Below, piece after piece: positions 1 through 12,733 of a stretch of 64,000 nucleotides of DNA. The translations under genes were made by a program, and so were the position numbers. The stretch comes from Balanoglossus misakiensis (taxonomy: Eukaryota > Animalia > Hemichordata): positions 11,999,654-12,063,653 of the forward strand of contig CM082577.2 in NCBI GenBank assembly GCA_040954595.2, in the 5' to 3' direction. The notes under the pieces are model-generated. The model did not search any database. It was not told where the DNA came from and worked only from the letters and a program-made list of their open reading frames with translations. How positions within the stretch are numbered: position 1 is the stretch's first letter; every line of letters starts with the position of its first letter.

Positions 1-119
1 TATATAAAACGGAATGATAACTGCATACGATTATTGGATACTTGGTGATACATGGTTATGATACGATACGCTATGATACAACAAGATGCGATGCAATATT
101 ACAAAGCCTATACTTTTAC

Positions 120-3100
120 CTGTTATCAAGTGCAAAGACTCGTCCACGGTCTTGCAGGAAGACAAACCTTGCCAGGAGATACTGTACCAATGTTACGATC
201 AGACCGATCAGGATAATTGGCCTGAAAGGTATATACATGTACATATATGTATGTATACAGGTATATACATATGTACGCAAGACGCATTACTCGTAAAAAG
301 TCATATACGGTCGACACCGGGAAAGCCTCATTTCTAATAATTCGAAAAAAATGTCTTGTTCGATGGACTTGACTGCTGATTTATGTCTGATTTCATCATT
401 TAAGATTTGCATGTTTAACAAAGGTAAGAATGTACTCCAAAACTTTGCTCAGAAAACACTTACGCTCTTAAAACTGTGACCAGCGCCCCTGGCGGTTATA
501 TTGGAAAGAAACTGAGAGTCCACAACAGGGGTTTGTATCTATGGATGATCATCATGGCGTATCTTCAATGTACCTGGCTACACGTATACGACAGGGGATT
601 GCATGAGAAACTTTACTCACCATACCCATAAGGCAAATTTCTTCAGCAGCTGACGACCTTCAGGAGTGATGACCGCAAGACTGAAAACACCGGTGACAAC
701 AAGTACAACCCCAAAATGGATGATGAATCCTATTTCGTACAAATGAAAGTAATTTACACAGTTTTTTCTTCTATTCTGTATGCATGTGTAATAGTTTATT
801 TGCTTATAATGAAAGGTAGTTGGCATCGAAGTAGGCATTTTGTCTATATGTCACGCACAAACGTATCTCTTTTAAATACAGCAAAATTGGTACACTTGTT
901 TACACTTCCGAAGTTATGAAATGCCATTATTTTGTACACATAGAGATTTTATGTAAGTGTTCCATTATGAAATGCCATTATTTTGTACACTTAGAGATTT
1001 TATGTAAGTGTTCCATGTATTCTTAATATCACAGAAGGTTAAAAAAAGAGTCACTTACCAAAAACCGCGTAAGCCACTTGGAATCCAGCGAAGCGACTCG
1101 ATGAAACCTGCATAAATTCAAAACACAAAAGAATACCGTTTTATTTCTCATTCAGGATACGAGTTAACATCATGATAGGGACAAAGTCTCTCTTTCGCTG
1201 CCTTTTTCCATTAACTATGTTTGATACAAGACACCGTGTATGTTATTCTTCGTGTGGATATGTGGATATATAGTGAATCAAAGTTCGACCACACATAACT
1301 TCCTTCCCAATTGTAGACACGAGGGTCTAAATGAATAATTGGTCTTTACCATTTATTCATTTTGGCGAGATTTTTACTTCCATATCCTACAAAAGGGATG
1401 GAAGTTGTGTGTGGTCGAATGCTGATTCACTATATATCCACATGTAGAATAACATAAACGTTATATTGTGTCAAACATACTGAATGGAAAAAGGGCAGCG
1501 AGAGAGAGACTTTGTCCCTTTAAACCAAGCTAAACAATTCTGATTGGAAACGAGACACTTAATGATACAATCAATAGTGCAACAAGACTGAACCTACCAC
1601 TCTCATTGCCGGGGTGATGGAAAATTTTGTATTTTCAGCAACAGCGGTTACTAGTGTGTGGTCTCCTCTGTACACAGACAGCATATTCTCTCTGTGGGTG
1701 ATGAGAAACGTACACTCATTTTCAATTTAGCAAAAAAATGCACCAATGTGTTAAGGGGTATAGAAAGTCATTACAAAATAACATTGTCAACCAGTGCCTA
1801 TCATCGCAGACATGTATGTGCGCTGATTGTCATATGAAATGTGAATGTTATTACGATTCAATCTATTTTGGTGTTGTAATTATCATCATCATTATTATTG
1901 TTCTTGTTGATAGTGTTGTTGTTGTTGTTGTTGCTGTTGTTGTTGTTGTTAAATAATTTACACTTACAACCACGGTGTCGCGAAAACGAACTTTTGGAGT
2001 TATATCTGTAGAAATGTACAATCTAAGTAATGTAAAAAGCTTGCTCGCACTGAGTCGTCTCGAGACTAAATCTGATAACTTCATCCTGCGATCCCCCCCC
2101 CCAAGAATCGACTCGCAAATGCCATTACAGTGCCATCGGGGTGGAAACGTAGCAATATGCGGGTCTCCCCACAGCGCGACACCACCCAATGAGAAGGCAA
2201 TCTTCTCGGCAAATTGTTGGTATGCGTATTCCTTCAGCTTCACATGATAAATCAGGTTTTCGACGATAACACGCATGATGTGCATTAAATCAGTTCGGAT
2301 ACTGAAAGAAATACAATAAATCCTGTTTTTTTTTCAATCTCGGCCGGAGATACTACAGTACTTATACCAATTCTCATAACATCTCGCCAACATGGATATC
2401 CACCAATGAAGACAACATTTCACTATCTAGTTACCTGTATCTTTGGAGGATCATGGGTATTGAGAAAAGGAAGCCGACAAAGCTGACCGCCAGGGATAAT
2501 TTCCAACAAACTAGATGACGAAAAACAAAATGATATTCGCGATGTCACAATGTTGGTAGACAACAGACATAGAACAAAGTGGGCGTGGATTGGCCTGATC
2601 GTTATGCGTGTTTGTCTCATGTCTGTGTCATTTGAAACCATTGGTGATTTATGAAACGTTAACTTGACACTGGTTTCTGCGCCGGGGGTATCTCTGGTCG
2701 ACTGCGACGTAACCGACCCGCCCCCCTCCCTCCTAAAGGGGCGATGATAGTTAATGTATTCGTCTCACCTTCAACGATGTATTGCGTGTGCGCATCCACA
2801 CTGATGCTATTTAACAAGGCTTCCAGAGATGGCCAAAGGTATAAGAATATGACAAGACTCTGTCTTGCAAACAGGAAGTAAAACATTGTGAATGTTATGG
2901 CTAGCTTGTCTTGCAGCAAGCAATGTTAAAAATGTAACTATAGATAGCCTATAATGTAATTGAAGGTTTACGGTCACCGTGGAAAATTAGTTATAGTTAC
3001 CATGGCAAATTGAGATCTAGCCAATCAAAGATTTGCAGTGGGTGGCGCTTGCGAAATAAAGAGCTCCACCATGTGTTCTTTAGAATGCTCAGATACGCTA

Positions 3101-6100
3101 TTTCAGCCATATATGGGCGTATGTTAATTGGAGGTGACTGTATACCTTTAAATGCGCGAAATTTGATTCACAGAAAAATAAATGACACTTTTAACCGGTG
3201 ACATTTTAGTGATTGATGATATTTTGACTCAGCTGCGTGATAGGCAAAATTTAAACCGTCGATACAGAGGACGGAGTTAACTCGGTTCGGTGACTTTCCA
3301 GACTCCTTGACATATAAATCAATCTGAGCATTGCGTATGATGGTGGAAACAAACAAAAACCGGAACTGAAAGTTGGTCTACATTTGTTAAGGCAGTAACA
3401 TTTCGTGGGCTGTCTTCAAAAGCGTTTTGCGAACCGCCTTTTGAATTCTTTTGAAGACACCAATTCGATCGTCCATGGCCGATCGTTATCTCCACCTTGT
3501 CATCTCAAAATTAAAAATGTTGTCACATACTTTCCAAACACAGCAAGACTACAAAGTAACTGGGATGTATGATGTATGGAAACCACATATTTACTTACAT
3601 AATAAACTGCGACAAACGAAACAACAATCGAAGAAAATAACCGGGTGGAATATTTGAAACCTGCCAGTATTAAACAAAAAATATGTTTTATAGGAAAAGG
3701 GTGCGTCGAGAACAAAAGAAGATAGCGAATTAGATAGCCTCTGGAAAATAACGTAACGGGCGTTCTATGTGTCATCGAAAAAGATATACAATTCCAGGAA
3801 GCACGCAATTCCAGGAATACCAATTTGCAAATTGCTCCACAATATGTCACAATGGTGCACGGCATGTCTAATAATGAAATTTAGCAACAATGTATTCATT
3901 GTATATATTTACCCGGCTTAGGCTCGTAAATTCTAAGTAGGAATTGTTTGAATCTTCCGTAGCTGCATGTGCGTAGCTCGACATCATATTCTGTACTGTA
4001 ATACCAAAAATAGTTCAATTTAGGCTTAGTTGTTAAGTTCTTCGATATTAAACATTGCATATCTTCACTATATAAGTTGTTATTTGACATTATTTTTTTA
4101 TTTATCTACTTTCAAACGTAGCTTGGTCCATTTAAATGGGCTTAGGGGCCTACTGATCGGTATGCACAAACCTCTGCTTGTGGCTGTACATTGAAATTAA
4201 AAACAGAATAAATAATTAACGGATGTCGCGTCCATTTATTCATTTATTGCAAGAGTACACAACTATTGTGGTTATTAGATTCTCCACAAACAAGATAAGT
4301 TTTACCAAATAAATCAAGTAGAACAGTGAAATGTAAACCAATTGCAGACCATCATTAACATGATCATATCGTTACAGTATAGTTCCAATCGTGTTTTAAA
4401 TATACACACGAAGACCAAGTTCCTAAAACACTTACCTCGTATTAATCTTCTTCCTCTTCGCAGCAGATAACAACAACATTCTTATATGCTGAATTTGGTA
4501 CGCATCGAATAACTTTTCCTCGGTCTGAAACTGCATGATAAATCATCCTGATTAAATACAGAATGTGCATCCGACTTGATACAGGTAAAAAAGTACATGT
4601 TTATAACAACTTACTTGATATAATTCTGGTTTGGTGTGTTATAAAACACATGATGACTGACATATTCAGGCAACAGTGTATTTTTGATGACCTCGGGACT
4701 GTTAGTCACACCAAAACAGTCTGTTTTCCCTCGGGCTATGCCCTCGGGAAAACAAGACTGTTTTAGTTGTGACTAGCAGCGCCCTCGGTCATCAAAATAC
4801 ACTGTTGCCCTCATTGTCAGTCATCAAGTGTATATTGCGAATGCACTTCAGGTCTAGAAAGGGAGCTGAACGAGAGCTTTTTAATTGATATACAGGTCTT
4901 TTGTGTGAAAACATTGTTTGGCCAAGAATTTTCGATACTTACGTTGAGCTCCACCTTGCGGGATTTCACAATGTCCTCAAGAGATTTAGCAAACTTGTAC
5001 GCAAATATGATTGCCAAGTAAAGGAGACAAATTAAAACCGGCAGCTGCAGTGATATCGCGTAAGGCAATTCCTGTAAACGTATTAAAACGGATCATATTT
5101 CGTGTTCTTTAATAATATCTGCTACGCCGCTCTCCGAGCAGCTCGTTTTTGGGAAAGAGGTCATGGCTTGCTCCGTCCTGTCCACGGATACATGTACATT
5201 AGGCCAAAACAAAAAATATGTGCTGTTCCGATGACCCGACCTACCCTAATTTTACCCTGCCGACCCTAAACTTTTTAGAGCTACGTAAATCAGGAAGTAA
5301 AAATAACGATGTCAAATATACAAAATTTATGAAAATTGCGAGAATCACGCAAGAACTATGACATCATTCTTCTACACTACAGCAGCCAAAGATATAAAAA
5401 ATGGCAACATAAAAAAATTTACCTACCTATCTACCCTATTTTTAAAACCATGTAATCGGTACAGCACATATTTTGTTTTTTTGGGCCTAACTCAAATTTC
5501 AAGAGTTTCATTTAGTCACACATCTGACGTTCTAAGCTTCTGTTTGGGTGAACTTACCAACTGAGACTCGTTACAGTAGAATATGTCGGCAATATTCAGC
5601 CCTAACAGCACCAAAGAATACAACATTCCGATTGCATACGTCACAGATGACTCCATGGTGACCGCCAGAAACACCGGGTAGTAGTACAAGCAATAAATCA
5701 ATACAGCGAGAATTCTGAAAAGAACTATACCATTGGTATCATCAATGTGAATTGCTTGGTCTTCAATGTGCAAAATGTAGTGTCAATGAAAATATTGAAT
5801 GTTGTGATATCATCACTGTACATGTAAATCGCTCTGATATTCCAAATAAAACAATTGGTGTGTGGTAACAACCGCTAATATGCGAGCCGCTTGAAATCTC
5901 CTGCATTTAGGATTAATACTAATAACATCACACGTGTCTCAGTCTTCCGGCTATGCGTGCGTGTAAACTCCTTTCTGCGCAGTACACTGCAGTTTCTAAA
6001 TTCCCGTTTCGCATAACTGGTGTCACAGTTGAATGCAGAATTATGGCATTCTAACTAGTTTGGAGCTGAAAACATCGCAATACCTTTTAGGAACTGGTTA

Positions 6101-8020
6101 CCAGGTTGTGAAGAGCCTCCCAAAAATTGTTGGATTAAATACAAAACAGGTCCAGTTGTCGCAAGAACAAACGCAGCCGCATACCCAAAACGGTTCTTTC
6201 GGTCTCCGAGGAGGTTCACAGGACTGCAAGTGAATAAATACGACATTAAAGGGACAAATTAAAGGGACAAAGTCTCTCTCTCTCTAGCCTTTTCCATTAA
6301 TTATGTTTGATACAAGACACGGTTTATGTCTACATGTGGATAGATTAGTGAATCAACGTTCGCCTACATACAACTTCCATCACGTTTGTAGGATATGAGA
6401 GTAAAAAATTCACCAAAATGAATAAACGGTAGAGACCGATTATTCGTTTTGGCGTGTCTACAAGCGGGATGGATGTTGTGCATGGTCGAACGTTGATTCA
6501 CCACATATCCCCATAGAGAATAACATAAATTGTGTCTTGTATCAAACATAATTCTGGAAAAAGGGCAGCGAGAGAGAGACTTTGTCCCTTTAAATATCTA
6601 AACAAATAAACCGTCTACTGTATTTTTCTTCCCCTGTATGCCCTAGACTGTCGGTGGCTTAAAACCCAGCGCTACACAAATCAACAACAAAGAATACACG
6701 AACCTAGCAAACGTGTATTACGAATGACGAAATATCGGTTCTACTACACTGAGGAATGTCAGAAACCTGTGATCAATTTGTTGGCAATGTTTTTTTTTTA
6801 ATTCAGTACTTACTATATAATCCCAGGTCGACCACCAAACCTTCCCGGCCAAAGTCGTTTTCTTTTCTGCAAGATGCTTAATAATATGGTAATGATAATC
6901 TGAAATGGTAGAAAACACATCAACACGTGGTCTCCAATTATCTGTAATTAAATTTTATTCAACATAATCCTGGAGATGTATAGTGAATCCACGGGCCCCA
7001 TTTTGGTATTTCAATCGCTATTTTCCAAACTGTACTGTCTTGGTAGACTGCCCCTGTACATTTTCACTTTTCCGTGTGGTTGCACATCGATTGCCATATT
7101 TAGAACTGCCTCGCCATATTCACAAAATGGGGAATATATTAGTATTCAGCGTTTCTTTGTAACTGAACAATATTGGTTTATGTTTAACAAATTACTTACG
7201 GACAGAGCCAGGATGTAGTAAAATGCTCTTTCGGAGGGCACTTCACAGGCAGATTGACTCGTAGATTGGCTGTAAGTGATACACGGTTTCGGTTTAGAGT
7301 GGGCAATCATGATCCATTGTAAGTGATAGGCATATTTTGTTCGCAATGCCATGTTTCACGTACAAAATACTGAATGGAAAGCAGGTGACGTTAATATATT
7401 AAAGAGACAAAGTCTCTCTCTCGCTGCCCTTTTTCCATAATTTATGTTTGGTACAAGACACCGTTGTACATCCATGGTTTATATTTATAAGTACACGTGT
7501 TTATGTAGTGAATCAACGTTCAACCACACACACCTGCCATCCTGCTTGTAGACACGAGAGTGAAATAACTCGCGAAAATGAATAATCAGTCTCTACCATT
7601 TATTCATTTTGGGCGAGTTTTTACTCTCATATAAGTTGGGTGTGGTTGAACGTCCATTCACTACATATGCACATCTATACATGAACATAAACAATGTCTT
7701 GTGTCAAACATAATTAATGGGAAAAGCTCGAGAGAGATATAATACTTTGTTTCCACGGTTAGTGAACAGACTCGTCATGTACCCGGTGGTAAGTTTTGTG
7801 TAATTCTGTAGACGTACGTGTATACCAATCAATGAAAACATTACAATTTGTTATGTCTGTGTGTAACTATTACACAACGTTGCATTTTGATGACTTCATA
7901 CAGTCGATCAAATCGCGATTATCTTTACAACATGTGCTTTCAAATGTGACAGATAACTATAGTTGTGTATTTGTTTACTTTTTAAAACAAAACAGATGGT
8001 ACTGACCTTGCAGACTCCAT
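120..8020 (-). CDS. STRA6L: STRA6-like (RBP-receptor family) multi-pass membrane protein, multi-exon, 3' end outside the window
   Basis: Phase-consistent GT-AG exons: 8007-8020 (MESA), 7200-7269, 6814-6899 (LLSILQKRKRLWPGRFGGRPGII), 6084-6223 (PVNLLGDRKNRFGYAAAF), 5558-5724 (LYYYPVFLAV), 4943-5071 (LPVLICLLYL), 4436-4524 (YQIQHIRMLL), 3913-3962 (IYEPKP), 3599-3660 (GFKYSTRLFSS), 2769-2904, 2435-2510, ~1968-2022 (acceptor uncertain), 1059-1107 (RFAGFQVAYAVF), 621-729, 120-221 (WPIILIGL..QYLLARFVFLQ..LDNR). These motifs follow the order I recall for STRA6/STRA6L. Confidence 0.85.
916..1017. repeat. 51-bp tandem duplication in an intron
   Basis: atgaaatgccattattttgtacac(a/t)tagagattttatgtaagtgttccat occurs twice in tandem. 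Confidence 0.85.
1177..1519. mobile_element. Palindromic MITE, Kolobok-like family (AGGGACAAAGTC termini)
   Basis: Long TIRs AGGGACAAAGTCTCTCT..GCTGCC with TTAA on the right flank; the family recurs at least 7 times in the window. Confidence 0.75.
1870..1950. repeat. Trinucleotide microsatellite (ATC/ATT/GTT)
   Basis: Direct inspection. Confidence 0.9.
4668..4810. repeat. Solo long hairpin, probably the terminus of a Crypton-like non-autonomous element
   Basis: GGCAACAGTGTATTTT...AAAATACACTGTTGCC inverted repeat with tip CCC-TC-GGGC-TAT-GCCC-TC-GGG. Confidence 0.6.
5202..5487. mobile_element. MITE, PIF/Harbinger-like
   Basis: TIR GGCCAAAACAAAAAATATGTGCTGT / ACAGCACATATTTTGTTTTTTTGGGCC with TTA/TAA flanks; second copy at 45351-45584. 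Confidence 0.65.
6263..6589. mobile_element. Kolobok-like palindromic MITE copy
   Basis: TTAA-AGGGACAAAGTC...GACTTTGTCCCT-TTAA. Confidence 0.8.
7403..7754. mobile_element. Kolobok-like palindromic MITE copy (diverged)
   Basis: Same internal sequence as the other copies, with a degenerate right end. Confidence 0.7.
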
Positions 8021-8550
8021 TAGGAATTAACCACCAAATTCACGGCAAATCTCCAACGATGAACAGTCTGTAATAAATCTCAAAAATAGAAGAAGACTGA
8101 GATCAACACGTTGTAGTAAAATACGACTTCAGATATACTTAGATACACACTTTTCGAGTAGTTGTATCAATGAAGTATTAAAGAATTCCAAGGAAGGCTC
8201 TTGGATAATTATTTTGAAATCAGTCATTCTACTAGTATTTCAAAGATAGTAACAATTAATTTGATTTTTATACATTTTATACCAAATTCCGACGTTTGAA
8301 AAACATCACCAATCAGACACTTTTTTCTACATAAACGATTCCCGATAAATGCCGAGTATTAATCAATGGTTGTTTTGCATTGTTAGAGGTTGTGTAGACA
8401 TTTCTTGACCAATTTTATTTCACCAGAGTTTCCTTGTCTACTAATAAACGGGGACTATGACATTTACAATGACGTAATGTAACTTGGTATAACAATAATA
8501 AGACTGTGCCGCCATCGTAATAATTGTACGTCGCTCTAGATCTGCGTCAT

Positions 8551-8881
8551 TTCTCTCTCTCTCTCGCTGCCCTTTTTCCATTAATTATGTTTGATACAAG
8601 ACAGTGTTTATGTTATTCGACATGTGGATATAATAGTGAATCAAGGTTCCAGCTTCCATACCGTTTGTAGGATATGAGAGTAAATATCTCGCCAAAATGA
8701 ATAAATGGTAGAGACCGATTATTCATTTTGGCGAGATTTTCACTGTTGTGTGTACAAGTGGGATGGAAGTTGTGTGTGGTCGAACGTTGATTCACTATAT
8801 ATCCACATGTAGAATAACATAACAGTGTCTTGTATCAAACATAATCAATGGGAAAAGGGCAGCGAGAGAGACTTTGTCCCT
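8551..8881. mobile_element. Kolobok-like palindromic MITE copy; right arm lies inside the LINE target-site duplication
   Basis: Same family; right arm is repeated at 13658-13771. Confidence 0.75.
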
Positions 8882-9066
8882 TTAAGCTAATTTTATAAAT
8901 CATAACCCACTTCCGCACTACATGAGGAGACGGAAAAATAGCGTAACCACACGATGTTATGCTCGCCACGCGATCACAAACAAATTGTCATCCCGCTTGG
9001 ATTAGAAACCGCCATGTACAAACAATGTATATTTACTCACAGCTTATAAGCGTGTCGTAATATTTT
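8768..9066. repeat. Left copy of the 299-bp target-site duplication
   Basis: Identical by eye to 13658-13956 (offset 4890). Confidence 0.9.
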
Positions 9067-9256
9067 AATAATAATAATAATGCTTTATTTGCGTTTCAAG
9101 GCCTCCGGCCCATGTGCAAAGGGGGGTTACATTCAGTATTTCCATTACTTCGTCAAAACAAAACAAAAACAAAACAAAAAGATACAAACATCACGTGGAT
9201 AATGAAAACGGAAGAAAGTTACAGTGGGAGATATATACAAATCAGTAGTGAAAATG

Positions 9257-12200
9257 TTATACATTTGCATCAGCTCTTTCTCTGAGCTTGACTGCTCTAT
9301 GAACAAAATTACAAAGCCTGAGTATGGTGTCTGAATCATTTGTGTTCATTACACTGGTAAACTTATAAAAGTTTGGCTCTAAAAACAGATCAGTTGGTAA
9401 GTATCGTACTCTGAGATTATTATACAGTGGACAAATTACTAGAAAGTGGTACTCATCTTCAACTGCTTTGGTGTTACAAAATTTACAATGTCTGTCTGCT
9501 GGGTCGATGTGGTGTCTTCTGCCTTCCTCTATAGCGAGAGGAAGTGAGGAACACCGAAAACGTGAATACATTTGGATAACATTGTGGTGACACTGGATGG
9601 AAAGATATTTTTCAGGTTCTAAAATACTCTTGAATTGAATGTAAGTGCGAAGTTTTGGTTTCAATGCCATGTTTTCTCTCCATTGTTGTCTAAAAATATC
9701 CTGCACTCTTAGTTGAAATGTCGAAAGAAATAATTGCTTGTTGCCCACTTCCTGAGCAACCCATGCAAAACCCAGCCCAAATGAGAATAGAATATCCTTT
9801 ATAGATGACGCCCAAGTACGTCTGCCTATACTATCCAAATTACATAACATAATATAAGCTTGTTTCGGAATTCTGTCATTGGGCATTTCTAACAGCTTTA
9901 ACCAAAAACTTATACAACGTTTCAGGGTGTAATAATAAATAGGGAAGCGCCCACATTCTCCTAGTACAGCTTCATTTGTCGCATTCTTAGGTAAACCCAA
10001 TATTCTTCTGCACCAATTCCTTTGAATTTTCTCTATAGCATCAAAATATTGATGGCCCCAGACTTCTGAACCATAACAAAGGATTGGCAGAATAAGCACA
10101 TCAAACAGTTTAAAATGAACATTACAATCAAAGTGACCAAGTTTCCACCTTGCGACTGAGAGTGAAGTTAAGGCTTTGTTTGCTTGGTTGGCTAAGGTGC
10201 TAACTGCTTTGGACCATGAATTTCGTGAGGAAAGGAGAAGGCCAAGGTACTTATAATGAGAAACAATCTCAATCGCAGTTCCATTAAAATGCCATTTCTC
10301 CCATCGCGAACGATGGCCACCTTTACGAAATATCATTACCTTTGTTTTATCAAAATTGATCTGCATACGCCATTTAGTGCAAAAAATGGCTAAAATGTCA
10401 ATCAAACATTGCAAATTTCTAACAGAATCAGCAAAAATGACGACATCATCTGCGTATAATAAACAGAAAAGGTCATACAATTCTTGGGTAAGTTGAACAC
10501 CCATAATACCAGCTGACATGTACATGGAGTTAAGTTCTTCTATAAAGAAACTGAATAATATGGGGCTTAGGATACATCCCTGCCTGACCCCAGCTGGACA
10601 ATCAAAATAGTGTGATGAGACATTGCCCGCTCTGACACATGACTTAATATTGGAATACATGGATTTTAAAATACGAAACATTTTCCCCTTGATGCCTAGC
10701 GACATGAGTTTGTACAACAGGAGGGAGTGGTTAACCCTGTCAAATGCCTTGGAAAAGTCAATGAAGAGACAGTAAAGTTTTCCACGACGGACACTTAAAT
10801 ATTTCTGAATGATGGCGTGTAAGGTAAAAATGTTATCCGTAGTGCCGTGATTTTTTCTAAAACCTGCTTGGCAGTCTGAGACGATATTTGAACTGTCGGA
10901 CCATTTTGTTAAACGATCGTTCAGTATTGAGGTAAAGACCTTTCCAAGCGCATTTAACAAAGAAATACCCCTGTAGTTGTTTACATCACTTTTGACTCCT
11001 TTCTTGAACAGTGGAATGACAATGGCAACTGACCACTCAGGAGGAAATCTTCCAGACTCAAAAATAAAGTTGAATGTTTGCACTAATAGTGGCAAAATTA
11101 CATCCGCTGCGTAGCTATAAAATTCGTTGGGCAGACCATCAGGCCCTGGTGCTTTCCCATTTTTAAGCTTTCTCAGACAATTCAAGACTTCAGTTTCTGT
11201 TATTGGACTATTACACACATCATTGGTATGCTGAACGTTCTCTTCTAGATCATTGTTGTTACATGTATACAAATTTATTTCTTCCTCCACAGAGCGCAAG
11301 AACTCCAAATCCCCCGATTCAATGTCGTGGCATTTTTTGTACAGGTTACTGAAGTAGTCAAACCATGACTGAATACTAATTTCACTTTGGGAGAATTTCC
11401 TGCGGCCAATCACAGAGTTCAAAATGGACCAAAATTCGCCAGAGTTTTGTGATGCCGCCTCCTGGAAACAATTACGAATGGAATTTTGGTACTCATGCTT
11501 GCAGTTCTTGCAAATCTGTTTGAAGTGTTTCTTTGCAGACTTAAACTCGTCAAGAGAATCCTGTGTACCTAATTGTCTGAACAACTTTAATTTATTGTAG
11601 ACTGTGGCTTTGGTCTGTTGGCACTTAGTGCCAAACCACGGTGGTTGATTTGGTTTCACCCTACAAGGATTTAACCGAATGCGACCATCTGCACCTGCTG
11701 TCTGCAACGCAAGGTTAAGTTTTGAAATGACACAGCTTGTGTTGGGAAATGCACTTCTTGAATCTTCTAAAATGTTTTGGATATGAGAGGAGTGAAGGTT
11801 TCTCACAAAAGAGCGCTTACATTTCTCAGTCATGTGAAAACGAGTAATGGGTGTGGGAGCACAGTCCGCTGGAGGGCTGCTGTTAGCCAAGGGTGAATTT
11901 ACATAATTTATGTAACAGGTGAGTGGGAAATGATCTGAATCTATTCGTGGAAGGACTTCAAAGCAATTAACATATCTGAATAATTCAGCTGACATAATTA
12001 CATAATCGATGACACTGCTCCCCATTGCTGAAATATGTGTGATGTTGCCCTCTTTGTCACCATCTACCCGACCATTGATAATATGTAAATCAAATTTTCG
12101 ACAGATGTCCAGTAAGGCTTTTCCCGCTTCATTAACAGACAAGTCTTTAGAGTTTCTATGCATGTGAAAATTAGACGAATTGTACAGATCTGCATCCATA

Positions 12201-12733
12201 GGAAGAAAGTCTACAGAGTCATCAAAAATAAAATCGTCTTCTACACCCGTTCGAGCGTTAAAGTCACCACCAATTATGAAATAACTGTCTGAAAATTCAG
12301 AACATAGTTCAACAAGCTGATTTTCAAAACTTTCAAGGTTGTCCAAAATGGACTCGGGTCTAAAGTAACAACATCCCAAAATTACATTACGGTCAAATCC
12401 GAGCAAACTCTTATGAATATGCATAAAGATACAATTTTCTAAGTTGCTATTAATGGGACGAATCTTGTGAATAAAATGATTCTTAATATAAAGAGCAGTG
12501 CCACCGCTTGGTCTTCCTTTGGAATAGCGCCTTTTGGCAGGTGATTTGAAGACAGTATAATTACGTAAAACATCGACACGGTCTTTATCAGTGCAAAAAG
12601 TTTCCACCATTCCAACTATATCATACTTTGAGCAAAAAGACAGAAAGTCGTCATCGCTGACTTTTGGTTTCAAACCTCGTATGTTCCAGAATAGCAATGA
12701 AAAAATACATACACCTGGGCCTTGGCCACATCC
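9257..12733 (-). CDS. LINE ORF2: AP endonuclease, reverse transcriptase and C-terminal CCHC-type motif
   Basis: APE motifs WNIRGL, ETF, GGDFNAR, SVIDY, SDHFP; RT motifs NYRGISLL, QAGFR, FIDFSKAFD, GVRQGCILSP, YADD, YKYLG; C-terminal CKFC..EDEYHFLVICP. The frame is open up to the ORF1 stop codon; the track start at 12697 is a TTG. Confidence 0.95.
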   Translation of the reverse strand, partial: GCGQGPGVCIFSLLFWNIRGLKPKVSDDDFLSFCSKYDIVGMVETFCTDKDRVDVLRNYTVFKSPAKRRYSKGRPSGGTALYIKNHFIHKIRPINSNLENCIFMHIHKSLLGFDRNVILGCCYFRPESILDNLESFENQLVELCSEFSDSYFIIGGDFNARTGVEDDFIFDDSVDFLPMDADLYNSSNFHMHRNSKDLSVNEAGKALLDICRKFDLHIINGRVDGDKEGNITHISAMGSSVIDYVIMSAELFRYVNCFEVLPRIDSDHFPLTCYINYVNSPLANSSPPADCAPTPITRFHMTEKCKRSFVRNLHSSHIQNILEDSRSAFPNTSCVISKLNLALQTAGADGRIRLNPCRVKPNQPPWFGTKCQQTKATVYNKLKLFRQLGTQDSLDEFKSAKKHFKQICKNCKHEYQNSIRNCFQEAASQNSGEFWSILNSVIGRRKFSQSEISIQSWFDYFSNLYKKCHDIESGDLEFLRSVEEEINLYTCNNNDLEENVQHTNDVCNSPITETEVLNCLRKLKNGKAPGPDGLPNEFYSYAADVILPLLVQTFNFIFESGRFPPEWSVAIVIPLFKKGVKSDVNNYRGISLLNALGKVFTSILNDRLTKWSDSSNIVSDCQAGFRKNHGTTDNIFTLHAIIQKYLSVRRGKLYCLFIDFSKAFDRVNHSLLLYKLMSLGIKGKMFRILKSMYSNIKSCVRAGNVSSHYFDCPAGVRQGCILSPILFSFFIEELNSMYMSAGIMGVQLTQELYDLFCLLYADDVVIFADSVRNLQCLIDILAIFCTKWRMQINFDKTKVMIFRKGGHRSRWEKWHFNGTAIEIVSHYKYLGLLLSSRNSWSKAVSTLANQANKALTSLSVARWKLGHFDCNVHFKLFDVLILPILCYGSEVWGHQYFDAIEKIQRNWCRRILGLPKNATNEAVLGECGRFPIYYYTLKRCISFWLKLLEMPNDRIPKQAYIMLCNLDSIGRRTWASSIKDILFSFGLGFAWVAQEVGNKQLFLSTFQLRVQDIFRQQWRENMALKPKLRTYIQFKSILEPEKYLSIQCHHNVIQMYSRFRCSSLPLAIEEGRRHHIDPADRHCKFCNTKAVEDEYHFLVICPLYNNLRVRYLPTDLFLEPNFYKFTSVMNTNDSDTILRLCNFVHRAVKLRERADANV

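Noticed and set aside
6714-6766. Possible extra STRA6-like exon
   Set aside because: No frame reads cleanly through it, and the flanking exons already join in phase.
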